Shown: in pieces, positions 48,933 to 60,860 of the stretch | Layout: every line of letters starts with the position of its first letter | How positions within the stretch are numbered: the first letter of the stretch is position 1 | NCBI GenBank assembly: GCA_047495785.1 | Contig: JBLDXI010000002.1 | Location: 1 to 64,000 of the forward strand | Length of the DNA: 64,000 nucleotides | Source of the DNA: Lepidodermella squamata | Lineage: Eukaryota; Animalia; Gastrotricha | Direction: 5' to 3' | Program-made: the position numbers and the translations under genes | The notes under the pieces: model-generated | Database searches by the model: none | The model's input: the letters and a program-made list of their open reading frames with translations, nothing else | What the model was told of the DNA's origin: nothing

Positions 48933-50838
48933 TTAGCAGCAATGATAACTTAGAACAATAGCATGAAATATCAATTTTGTGTCAGAACTTGCCGGTTGCA
49001 GCTTGACCCTCATCGAATCTACCACAAAACCCTTGTCCCAACATTTATCCTCGCCATGGCTGATCACAACAGGGTCGAAGTAATGCACCGTGTAGTAGTT
49101 GAACTCATCGCAAAACAGTTCGATATTGTCATACTTCCTCTTAAAATTTCTTACCTTCTTCGTCCAAGAAGGATGCGATACTTCTAATTGAAGAGTAGCA
49201 TCCACAGAAAACTTTGAATTTGCAGAACAGTTCTTGCCAATTTTATAAACGAGTCCGAGCATTGGAATGAACGATTCCGATAGATGGCAAGGTCTCTCAG
49301 TATTCAGCATCAAATCACTTCGATTAAACTGAAATTGGATCCAAGCGTTTTTGTTAGGGAGGAAAAAGTACTGAATATTCTCTCCAAAATTCGCTTTTGT
49401 CTTACCGCGGCCATAATTCGCGAGGTAGTGCTTAAGAGATAGATCTGCATCAGGGGATTTTGCTACAACCGAATCCAGCAATTTTGTGTTGTTTGTGAAT
49501 GGTCTTTCCATCGACAGGAAGCAATTTGTAGTTATTAGCCACGTATCTTCGTAAAATGGAGCTATTTCCTCGACAGATTTAGGCCGAAAGAAAGCGACTG
49601 TCTCTTCTGATTTCGAAAGACTGTCTAGCAAAATGTTGATGGATTTTTTGATGTAGTGAGCGATCGTTATAGACATTTCCTTGTGGAGAAGTGGGGATGG
49701 ATGTGTGAGATCTTGACGCGAAATGTAGGTGTCTGCAAAAGCGTTGGGTAATAACTGCTAAATCGTTTCGAATATTTACAAACCCCTGAACTTATCCATC
49801 AAGTCGCCAACAACTTTCTGAATCTTATCGATGTAAGGGCACACTCGCTGCCGCCAGCCGATCGCTGTGATGTTGTACAGCTTGGTGAGACTCGGGTAAT
49901 AAACGTCCTGCATCTGGTCGCATTCGCCACTTGTGTAAACACTCCACAGGTAATCGTTCGCGAAATTGACGATAACGATATCGATAGCAGGGTTGGTTCG
50001 TCGTATGTTGCGTAGCAGCTCTTCGAAGCTATGAGCCTCAGGATCCTCGTAGCCTTCCACGAGAGCTCCCATTGACAAGTCGTCGTTAACTGCGAAATCA
50101 AGGAAGATCATGTCGTACTGGCGAAGGTCCAAATGCTCGTTGACGCAGGCGGCAAAGTAGTTGCTGGAAACTGCTCCAACTGCGGCATTTTCAGCGACTA
50201 CTTCGATGTTGAAAGGTTCGAAGAGAGATTCCAACCAGTTGGTCAGGAGATAGAAGTAAACGTCGCTTCGCTGGCGTTAACATAAAAGTAAAATTCAAGC
50301 AATTCCATGGAAATTGCGACAAAGCCAATGCGTGAAGTTGAACCCCTCCCTTTCTAGTTTGAGAGGTCCACGAAAGGGACCGAAATAACCTTCTTGTTCG
50401 TAAACTGACCTTAACGCCGTGAGCAGCTGAGATGGAACCGCCAATCGCAGCTATTCGAAACGTCTTATTAGAATCGGAATCTGCTAGCAGCTCAATCAGC
50501 TTGCTGTGAAACCGGCTCTGATCGCCAAAGAATTGTATTGCTTGTTCCTCGTAATCGAACCCTTCAGGTATGAATTCTTTGTAAGCCTCGGGTAGAATCG
50601 ATGATAAAGGATCATCCTCCGGTAGCGGGTGTCTAGCCATGCGTGTCAATTTTTCTAAAACAATCGCTTTCTTCTCGTGGTCCTGCAATATCGACTGAAC
50701 TTTTTCGTCGGGCAATGGCAGTAACTGACGGTTTCCAAGCAACGCATAATGGATGAATTGCACGTAAATTAATAGTCCGATGCAGACAACAATCAGGCCA
50801 GCGATAGCCCTGATTCGCCGAGTAAAGTATCTGAACAT
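48933..50838 (-). CDS. GGSI-type SGNH protein (G12; exons 50838-50410, 50270-49784, 49732-48933)
   Basis: TM AIAGLIVVCIGLLIYV. Blocks GGSISAAHG, DFAVNDD, YISRQDLTHPS; ends SYHCC. Confidence 0.9.
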
Positions 50839-51033
50839 TTTCAGTTATATACGTAATTATCCTATAGTATGAGAAGGCCGGATTCACTCTGATAAAATCA
50901 TGTTTAATTACTGCAGCTGGTTAATTCTGCGCTGGACAAATATATTGAGTAGCCACCTAAGCAGTGCGCAATTGCCTGTTTTAGTTAATTTTGCAGATTT
51001 TCGAATTCATTCTCTCGACTAGAAATGAGGTTA

Positions 51034-51216
51034 ATATGCACATTTCCAAAATAGTTAGAAATATGCAAATTTTTCAAGAAAATCATGAATATGCAAATTT
51101 AAATAATTATCAGAATTCTTTATTTTGACAACTATTCATGAAAATTATGCATATGCAAATTTTTCTGCGTAAATCATGAATATGCAAATGCTTGTGAGTA
51201 TTGCGAATATGCAAAT
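51034..51216. repeat. Cluster of (GA)ATATGCAAAT repeats containing five perfect octamer motifs upstream of G12
   Basis: ATGCAAAT at 51063, 51091, 51153, 51182 and 51209. Confidence 0.7.
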
Positions 51217-51291
51217 TAGATGCATTTCGGATGAAATAAGTCGGAAGGTCCAGGAAAAATTCCACTTATTTCATTAGGCTCATGAATATTT

Positions 51292-51637
51292 TCAATAAGG
51301 TAAGTCATTGACAAAAATCTCTCTCAAATTGCTGGCCATTTTCTGATGCCGAGCTATCGTTTTGTTATCAACAACTTCGCTGTAAGCCACACTGTTATTC
51401 GAGGTCAATGTCTCGACGACCGTTTTCGATTCGATGATCAGGCTGCTGGTTTCATCGTAGTGAAGAGCCGCGTCTTGACTACCAGCTTGGTACGCTGCGT
51501 ATTGAATGAAGGCGAGACCCATTGATGACGAAGATATGGCGATCGCTACGAATAGGTACATTTTAATCATGCTTCGGCCCTCATTTCGAGCTATCAGCAA
51601 CTGCTCATCGTCCTCCATTATGTAAAATAGTAGGCTC
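51292..51637 (-). CDS. Small protein or terminal exon with one hydrophobic segment, function unknown
   Basis: 108-aa ORF with coding-like composition and hydrophobic MYLFVAIAISSSSMGLAFI. A ttttcag acceptor lies at 51638-51639 after AT-rich intron-like DNA. Confidence 0.5.
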
Positions 51638-52079
51638 CTGAAAAATTGAAAAATAGGGGAAATAAAATAGAGAATAATTTTTATTTATTTTAATAAGGCA
51701 TCAAAAACTGAAAAATAGTGGACAAATATTTAATTCGATTTTAAAAAATTAAGAAAATTCGAAAAGTGAAATTTAAAGAATTCGAATTTCAGGAAAAATT
51801 ATAAAGAAAATCGCATAATCAAGAGCAAGATTCGAAATATTTTTGAGTATTCGAGAGGTAATATATTAATTTATTAAAAGTCTAAAATTTGCCACATTTC
51901 CCTCTCCATAGATGAATTTGCTCACATTTCTCAGTGCTTACGTGCTCAGCAACATATCCGGGAACATTTCGGCAGCTGATTAAACTTGACCTAGTCGCAA
52001 AGTTTCATGTGATCAACAAAATAATTCGTCATTTTATTACCAGGTATGAAAATTACTACGGCTCGGTTTTATTTTTTGT

Positions 52080-54276
52080 TCAGCAGCACTGATAACTCAA
52101 AATAATTGCATGGAAAATAAATTTTGACACTCGGCTCGTTTTAGTGACTGTCACGTTCATTGAGTCTATTTTATAATTAGCCGACCAGCACGATTCATCG
52201 CCATCGCCAAGATACATCGGGTCAAATTGTAGAATATTGGAATAAGAAAATCGCCCGCATTGGACTTGAACATTTTCCTGCGAAAATTTGTACCTCACGG
52301 CCTTGCTGGACCCAGGCAGCCGTAGAGCCAGGGTGACTACAGCGCTGATAATCAAAGGGTCAGTTTCCGAACAATTATTGCCGATTTTATGAGCCAGTGC
52401 AAGTCGCGGAACGTAATGTCCGGATCTAGGGCAATTTTCCGCGGATGTATTCGCGAAATTCGAACCATCGAAATCGAATCTCATCCAAGAATCTTTGCCA
52501 GTGAGATGGAAAAAATCGATATTTTCACCCGATTCCACGTGAAATTCGGCGTGGCCGTAATTTGCGATGTAAAATTTTTCGATTGATGCCGATGAACCGG
52601 CCGATTTAGCTGATAGAGCTTTGACTAGGTGGGAATTTCGCCCGAAAGTTCGGTCGATCGATAGAAAACATTTGTGGGCGAAATTCTGTGAATTTTCGAA
52701 AACAGGATCCGGCAAATTTCGCTCTGAATTGTTCGAAAATAACTTGAATTTAGGATTGAGAGATGCTTTGTCCATTGAAGAATTCATTGATTTTTGAAAG
52801 TGGCGAATTATCGAATAGACCAGTTCGCTATGCATCAGAGGCGAAGGGTGTAAGCCATCATTTGAAGTGTACAATTCTAAAGAAAGTTGAAAAATGATAA
52901 AAATGGTTTTTCGTGAAGAAATAGTAAAAATTCAATTTCCAATTTTAAAATTTTAATTAATATCTTTTTGTTGAAACAAATTGAGGTTTTCTCTCATTTT
53001 GAAAATTCATTCTCTTTCATTTTTAATTTGAATATTTGAAAAATTCGAAAAAATTTGAAAATTAGGAAATACCTGCAATTTTTATTCTGAAATCCGGTTC
53101 ATCCCGAATGCGGCTTGAAATCGCAGCTGTTTTGCATATTAAAGATTTCCAAGTGATCGAGGTGATATCGTACTGTTGAGCGATCGAAAGGTGATTTTTC
53201 TCGACTTCAGACTCACAAAATTGCCCATCAGTGTTGTTTTTCAATTTAGCAACATCCGGGAAATTAACGATAATAATCTCAAGGTCAGGATTTCGAGTTC
53301 GCAAAACTCGAATTAATTCTTCAAAACTTGGAGCGGCATCTCGGCTGAATCCGGCCAGATTTCTATTGATCGCGATTTCGTCATTCAGGGCAAAGTCGAG
53401 GAAGATCAAGTCGTATTGAGGTAGATCAAGGTGTTCGGTTATGCAGGATGAGAAATAATTACTGGCAACAGCACCCACGGCGGCATTGTCCAGGGTGACA
53501 CGAATGTCCGAAGGCTTTAGAGCTGAACTCATCCAGGTTGCAAATTTACTTGCGTAGAGATCATCTGGCTAATGGACAAAAATGAGTCAACTCAATTCGA
53601 CCTGGAAAATTCTCTTATGCGAAAAATTTTATTTTCAGGGAATCAAGTTGATAACAGAGATTTTTCATTATTGATTAAATTTAATAATTATATTGATATT
53701 AATAATTATATAATTAAAAAATTTTAAATTTCAAATTTTTAAAATGAATTCCTAAAATTTCTTAAAAATTGACATTTTCAATTTTCAATTCAATTTTTCA
53801 CACAAATTTCTAAATTTCAAGATTCAATTTCAAATTCTGCCCTCGAAATTATTTCGAAAAAGCTCATTTTTTGCTACTTTTCCGCTGATTATTTTTCCGC
53901 TCACCTTTATTCCATGAGCAGCCGAAATCGATCCGCCAATAACCGAAATTCGAAGGATTTTCTCATCGCCAGAACTCTGATTGAACATTCTGACAATTTT
54001 TCGGTAAAATTTAGACAGATCCCCGGCGTTTGAAACTGAGTAGTCATTGAGTTCAGCCAAGCGTGACAGCAGCGATTCGTCTTCCAGCCTTGGCAGCGGG
54101 TAATTGACCAGATTGTGCAACGCCTCGGCTAATAAATTCGTTTGATTTTTCACCGATTTTCCGATGAAAAAGCTTGGCAATATTTGAAGATAGGAATTAG
54201 CCAACATCAGGGTGACTAGAGCTGGCACGGCGAGGAAAAGCCGCGGCTCAACGGCATTCAGGCGGTTCCGCTTCAT
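52080..54276 (-). CDS. GGSI-type SGNH protein (G13; exons 54276-53905, 53568-53073, 52876-52080)
   Basis: TM LFLAVPALVTLMLA. Blocks GGSISAAHG, NAAVGAVASNYF, DFALNDE, YTSNDGLHPS; ends SYQCC. Confidence 0.9.
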
Positions 54277-55807
54277 TTCTGCTCACCAAACATAAAATTA
54301 TCAAAAAATTTCAGATTTTGTTCACGAGAAAAACCTGAATCGCATGATGATCGATTTGCAAAATTAGCCAAAATGGTCGCGCGATCTTACGTTCCGCTCG
54401 AGAGAGAGATTTTCATCTTGAAAAAAATTGTTTTATGCAGAAATTGTTTTTCTCATCGAAATTTGTATACGCTGTTGCTATTGTAAAGTGTAATTCTTTG
54501 TGTTTACACGCTCAGTCGCCAGTGCATGTTGCTGATATTAAGACACCTGGTTATACACAATTTTTTATGAAAAAATACATCATGCGGGATTTATACTTCA
54601 TGAGTGGTTAAGTGATGCGTGACGTCATTGGTAAAATGCCGCGCTGGATAATAATTTTTAAAAAATTTCAAATTTCTTGTCAAATTTTTTAAAGTTTTTA
54701 ATAATTCATTTCAAAAAGAAATATTCAAAAAATATGTTTTAATTCACGCGGAATTTTCCGCTATATTTTCTTTAAAATTCTAATCAATCGTACTATCAAC
54801 TAAATACTTAATAAAAATAAAAAATTAGGTAAGCTTTTGCACTACGAATTCAAATGAGACAACTTTCTGGAAAAAAAGCACCTGCGGAAATGAAAGCGTT
54901 TCAGAAAATGGAATTTTAATGATCGTTGATGAAAGTGAAGCTGTTATCTGTTGTCATTGTTGTTTGAATGCTGTCGCTAAATTGACACGCCGGTGACAAC
55001 TTGCGAGTCCTCAGGCGAGTTGACACCAGACACGAGATGAGCCGCATCGTGTAACGGAGAGCGCAAGAGCGGTGTTTTATTTTATAATATAATTTCAAAG
55101 AAGTCTTCAGATAATACTAAAAATGTATGAAGGTCAGTATGAATAACGTTCACTGACTTAAGAGATGCTTTCTAAATATGCATGATTATTTACATAAATT
55201 AGGTGAGAAATTAGGAGCTTATTTGCGAATCTCTATTGTAAAAAGTGAAAAATGCGCCACAGGTTTTTTTTTAGAAATTTTGGACTGTGCCAGAGGGTTC
55301 AATTCGAAAAATCTGGCGGTTTCAACATATAATAACAGTTCAGACGATCCTCGATCGATTTAATTAAGAGCTTTCGCGCGAGAAAATTAATGCGCGAAGA
55401 AATTTGCGCGCAAAGGTAAGTCGATTGCGTGCGCAAATTTTATCACGCGCGCAGTTTTACGCGCAAGTAGGTCATTAATTTTAATTATAATTGTATTAAT
55501 CAAATTATTAATTTGATGATTGAAGGTTTGACCGGCACACGAGTCTCCCTTTTGTTCACTTATCTCAGGAATCCTCAATTTCAATCCTTATTTCTTTTGA
55601 ATTTCCATTTCTCTTTGGGTCTTACTCTTAGTGAAACCAAATTTTTGAATTTTCATAAGGGCGGAAATCATATTAGGAAACTTTCAAGCATGCCCTGATT
55701 GATCAGCATAATTTCAAATAAATCGTCACGAAATTCAGCGTAATTCTGTACAATCTGGAGGTTCATTATTTCCTCTGATTTTTCATATTTTCTAGGATTA
55801 TTATCTC

Positions 55808-58800
55808 ATGAAATTTTTATTCACGTTATTGTTTCGTGTTTTCCTAAAATCACTCCTACCTGCGGCCATATTGAGCTGCACCATATCTTCGCCAAATCTA
55901 AAGGAATCTGTTCATTCGGTGAAAATTCAAGATCAGCAGCCAAGTAAGATCAGCGAAATCGTAACAAAAATCATTGAAAAATACATTTTATTTCTGAAAT
56001 TTCAAACTCAGAAATTGTGTACATCTATGCAAATTGCAACAGCACAACGCCTTCAAATAGCAAATCTACTGTCGATATCGCAAATTTTATCGATTCGGTA
56101 ATTTTTGCTGATTTCCCCAACAAAATTCGGGAACAATTTAATTTTTCCAGGATCATTGTTCAGTTCCTGTTTTGACTCGAGGCCGACTATCAATTGGCGA
56201 TCAGCTTCTGAACACCGGCGATTTGGTTCAGCGAAATGTTGTAGTCACCCTAGATTGCGCTGATCAAATCACTCATCAGTTCACATGTGATGGCAATAAT
56301 CAGTGGAAACCAGCTTTACAAAATTGCTCCTCAGAGCAAAAATCGACCGTAGCTTATGTTGCTCAACCTTTGGATGAGGATGAAAATTTGGGAAATTTTG
56401 AGACTCACGGTTCTCAAGTGACTCCAAGAGTGGCCGATATTCCAATTTTCGAAATTCCCGAATCAGATTCGGAATACGAAGACGATGATGTTGGCACTAC
56501 AACTACAGCTAGGTCGAACTCAAAAGTTAGAATGGCTGAGAAAAATCGATCGAAACCGCAGCAGTTCGATGATCAAGACCCGCGGCGCGATTTGATGATG
56601 GCTTTCAAACGCCGGACGATTCAAGTCGATAGCGAGGAGAACAAGATTGAAGAACAACCGCTAGTTGAGGATCGTTATGAAAAATTGAAGCTGATCACGG
56701 TGGCTACAACGCATTCGCCAGGCTCCGATTTTCGAACGACGAAAGTTGGAGTTTCCGAACCGAAGGTTCTGGGCCTTACAACAAAGCAAAGCTCGAAGGG
56801 GAAATCTACTCCGCCGACAATAGGGGTTCGCATTTGAAGATATGAAAATTGGATTGAATCGAAAATTCAAAAAATTCCGAGAAAATTTAATTTCAATTTT
56901 TTCTATTTTTTTGAAAATTTTAAATTCTTTTGGAAATTTGTAAAATTTGTAAAATAATATTTCCGCATTTTGAATATTTTAAAATTTAAATTCGAATTTT
57001 TAAAATTTTAAAATTATGAAAATTTTTTAAATGTTCATTTTTTCTCAAATTTCAAATTTGGCCCACCGGTTTTCAGGAATAATTTGAGTTTATTGACGAA
57101 ATTGAATGTTTAGGTCTTCGATCCCGAATTAGGACCAGCCGTAGCAAAGGGCAACGAGCCTCTGATCAAATCAATCCTGGAAAAAGGCGCCGATATCAAC
57201 GCGGCTCGTTACACCGATAACTGCGGCTGGGGTTCGATTCGCCAGCCGCCGCTTATGATCGCAGCTGCCTGCAATAAGAGTCTGTCAATTTTTCGAATTC
57301 TCATCGAGAAAGGTGCCGATGTGAATGGCCATGATGAATTTAATCAGTCTGTTCTCAACGCGGCTAGTTGGCGGTCAAATCACGATGCTGTTAAATTGCT
57401 GATGGATAACGGCGCCCGGGTTAATGCGACAGCCTCGGACGGCTTCACGGCTTTGATGTGGGCGGCGATTGGAGGGGAGCTTAAAATAATTTGGCTTTTA
57501 CTAGTCAGGGGTAAGGAAAATTCAGAAATTAATTTTAAAAAATTAGGGTGCCAACTTTCATACATAAATATGTTTGAAATTTTTAACTTTCATACATTCA
57601 TACATTTCATACATTAACTTTCATATTTATGTATGACAAAATTAACTTTCATACATATTTTTTTTCATTAAATTCAAGCTGAAAACAATAGGGAAATGCC
57701 AGATGACTAGCTTTCGGTTTATGAAAAAGAAAAACGTGGTTCCGAAAGCGTAGTCAATTTTTTCCGCGAGAAAATGGTTATTGGGGAAGCGCAAGAGCCC
57801 AAAAATCCAGCTTCGTAGAAACCCGAAACTCGAAATTTCCTAACCCTAACCTTAATCCTGAACCCTAACCAAACCCTAAACCTAACCCGAACCCGAACCC
57901 GAACCCTGGCACCTAACCCTAACCCCTAACCCCAATTCCTAATCACAGTTTGGCTGAAAAACACGATTTTATGAAAAAAAATATGTATGAAAGTTAATTT
58001 TGTCATACATAAATATGTATGAAAGTTAAAAATTTCATACATAAATATGTATGAAAGTGCACTTCGAAAAAATTAATGAAAATGAATTACATTTTAAATT
58101 AGAATTTCTTTCATTTTTTTATTTAGGTCAGACTGGAAAAATTCAGAAATTTTAATTTTAATTTTCAAAAATCAAAATTCAAACTGTTCATTCTCAATTT
58201 GAAATTTAAAAAAATTCAAGCATAATTTTCATTTTCATTTTTTATTTTTAGGTGCGAATGCGAATGCTCGAGATATGGACGGTTGGACGCCGTTGATAGA
58301 AGCTGCTAATAAAACGCGGCCTGACATAGTTAAATTGCTGCTCGACTACGGCGCTGACCCAAATGCGGCGACCAACGATAATTACACCGCGCTCATTTAC
58401 GCGGCCTCACATGGCGACCACGAATCGGTCAAATTGCTCCTCAAATTCGGAGCTGATGTAAGAAATTTCAAATGTTCAAAAATTTCGAAATTTTAACTTT
58501 TAAATTTTAATTTCAAGGTTAACGCGACTGCAAATGACGGTTCAACAGCCTTAATTTGGGCGACAATCAACGGCAATCCTAACACAGTTCGGCTGCTATT
58601 AAGCCATCAAGCTGACGTTAACGTTCGAGACAGCGATGGGTATACGCCCTTGCTATGGGCTGCTACCTATTCGAAAATGGAAATGATAAGAATTCTCCTT
58701 GTTGATAAACGACTCAACGTTAATTTGGCCGATAAGGACGGCGTCAGCCCACTTATGATTGCGGTGAAAAATAATTTGACACAAGTGATTGATTTATTGA

Positions 58801-59512
58801 TTGAACGAAATGCCGATGTGGATGCTAAGGATTCGGATGGTTGGACAGCCTTGATTTATGCAGCTTCCACAGGTAAAATGTCGGAAATTAATTTTTTTTT
58901 GAAAAAATAATGTCAAGATCAAATTAATTTAATTTAAATTTTTTTATTTAATTTGATCATTTTTCGTTAATTTTCAATTTTCAATTTTAATTTCATTTTT
59001 TAATCGAAATTTGAGTTTTTGAAATTTAAAATTTAAAATTTTAATTTTAGAATTTTTGGACTAGCCATAGATTTTTAAAGATTTTTGAAAAACATTAAAC
59101 TAGATAATTTTATTTAGGAAATTCAACGATGGTGCCCGTGATCAACAAATTATTAGACAAAGGTGCCAACGTAAATGCTCAAGACAATGCCGGAAATACG
59201 GCTCTGAGTTATTCGATGGAATACAGCAATGGCGAAATGACAATTTTCCTGGTTTTACTCAAGCGTGGCGCAAATATCAATGTAAAAACGAAAACTGGCA
59301 CAACCCTGCTGATGATGGCAGCTCAGAATGGGCATAATGGCATTGTGAAGTTGCTGCTGGACAGCGGGGCTGACATTAATGCGCGGGATAATAATCGAAA
59401 TTCAGCGATGGTGTTCGCGGCGGCGAATGCTAAACTTGAAACTTTGAAGCTGCTGCGGCAACGCGGCGCGACTCGTGATGGTTGTATGTATTTTCTATGC
59501 TCACAAGTCTAA
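55808..59512 (+). CDS. Signal peptide + sushi/CCP-like domain + acidic linker + ~13 ankyrin repeats (exons 55808-55943, 56012-56097, 56151-56825, 57114-57510, 58252-58457, 58518-58872, 59118-59512)
   Basis: All six introns are GT-AG and phase-compatible. CSVPVL..G..LDC..FTC..QWKPALQNC, then repeated G.T(A/P)L..A..G....KLLL..GADVN. Linkage of the first three exons to the ankyrin exons and the 3-prime end are less certain. Confidence 0.75.
57546..58066. mobile_element. MULE/Mutator-like MITE with long TIRs and internal (CCTAAC)n-like tract
   Basis: 9-bp TSD AAAAAATTA (57537-57545, 58067-58075). About 110-bp inverted arms built of tttcatacat units. Telomere-like repeats at 57839-57943. Confidence 0.85.
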
Positions 59513-59979
59513 ATAATGTAAGATATTACGCTAAAAAGGAGCGAGGAGCTCTTTTTCAGACATTCCTGAATAAAATTCAAATAAACGAATACCCGTGGAG
59601 AAGAGCGTCAAATAGGGCGATTTGTGGCTTGGGGCAGTTGGGTCGCTTTGGCATGCCAAACTCGGATTACATTGATAGGATTGAAATGAAAACTTCGGAT
59701 GTGCCAAGTGCGCGCCCTGAATTAAGGGTTCCAGCACTAAATTCCCCGTGAATAGGATTTTCCGAGTTTCTTCCGTTCACTACAATCTCAAATTATTTGT
59801 TACCATGGCAGACCTTCATATTACATATATTTCGCGCTATGAGCGGTCAGTTTGCGAATTATACTTAACCTTATAGAGCCGATATCGATTTCAAGTATCG
59901 ATTTTACAAATCAGTGATTTTCCCAATATAAGCCGCCTTGGACTCAACATCGATAATTTTTCTACGTAGCTTATCTCTC

Positions 59980-60640
59980 CTTTGAGCATTCGTTGTGCAC
60001 CACCCCGACCCGGTGCTCAATTTCGTTGAGCATCTTTGAGCATTCCGTTGAGCAGCGATGTGCACATTGAGCAAAAAATGAGACATTTCTTCAGGCACGG
60101 TGTGCTTCTTTGAGCAGCCTTCGAGCACTCGTTGAGCGGCTCTTGAGCACCGCGTTCAGCACCAGATTAAGCACCAGTCGTCAATGGCACAATTAAAGAA
60201 AAATCAGTCGCGGGCAGGAATTGAACCAGTGATCACTACTCTCAAGCCCGCAATCAAATCCATTGCGCCACTGGTTCTTCATAAATGGATACTATTAAAA
60301 TCGACTTATCGATAATTTCATTTGTTTACAATTTTGCAGCTTTTGCAGTTTTTGGTAATTGTAACCGAGCCATTTGCAAATGAAAAAATAAAATTGGGGA
60401 AAAAAATATAAAAAACAACCAGTCGCGGGCGGGGATCGAACCAGTGATCACTGCAATCACACTCATTTTTGTTATCTTTGGAGAGCTCAATGATAACCTG
60501 TTATCCTGTTGAGCACAAGTTGAGCACTTTTGATAGGTTCCGGCTGATGTTGAGCATGAATTGCGCGCAAATTGAGCACCCACTGAGCAATCATTGAGCA
60601 TTTTGAGCACAAGTTGTGCAATGGAGCAAAAGTGCTCAAA
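59980..60640. repeat. TTGAGCA-rich repeat element containing two tRNA-like segments
   Basis: Many (t)tgagca units in both flanks. Direct repeat cagtcgcgggc.gg.at.gaaccagtgatcact at 60205 and 60420. Confidence 0.55.
60205..60274 (-). other. tRNA-derived (SINE-head-like) segment with Pol III A and B boxes
   Basis: Minus strand reads AGTGGCGCAATGG ... GGTTCAATTCC. Acceptor and anticodon stems do not pair, so it is not a functional tRNA. Confidence 0.5.
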
Positions 60641-60860
60641 GGAGAGATATTATTAGGGCACCATGTAGCTAAAACAAAAAATCCTGATAGTGCAATACTG
60701 CAGCAGTTGATGCAAAAAGTATTATAGAGCGTATGGTCGAATGTTTGCATTCCGGAGTCATGTTAAACGATCGATTGAGCAATCATCGTGCGCAACTGAT
60801 ATGGTTCAGTGAATTCTCTTCAGCCGATAATTCATGGTTCATAGCCTCTGCTTTTACACA

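Noticed and set aside
10443-53419. Numerous recurring antisense ORFs over the SGNH, IAH1-like and LGIC genes
   Set aside because: They are shadow ORFs whose recurrence simply reflects paralogy of the sense genes.
1404-54276. Bacterial operon or contamination
   Set aside because: The genes have conserved spliceosomal introns and poly(A) signals and are interleaved with metazoan genes and eukaryotic TEs.
57839-57943. (CCCTAA)-like tracts here and at ~28200 and 61500-61580 as interstitial telomeres
   Set aside because: They are short and degenerate and lie inside inverted-repeat elements (one with a 9-bp TSD), so they are MITE interiors.
60205-60274. Functional tRNA gene
   Set aside because: A and B boxes are present but the acceptor and anticodon stems do not pair.
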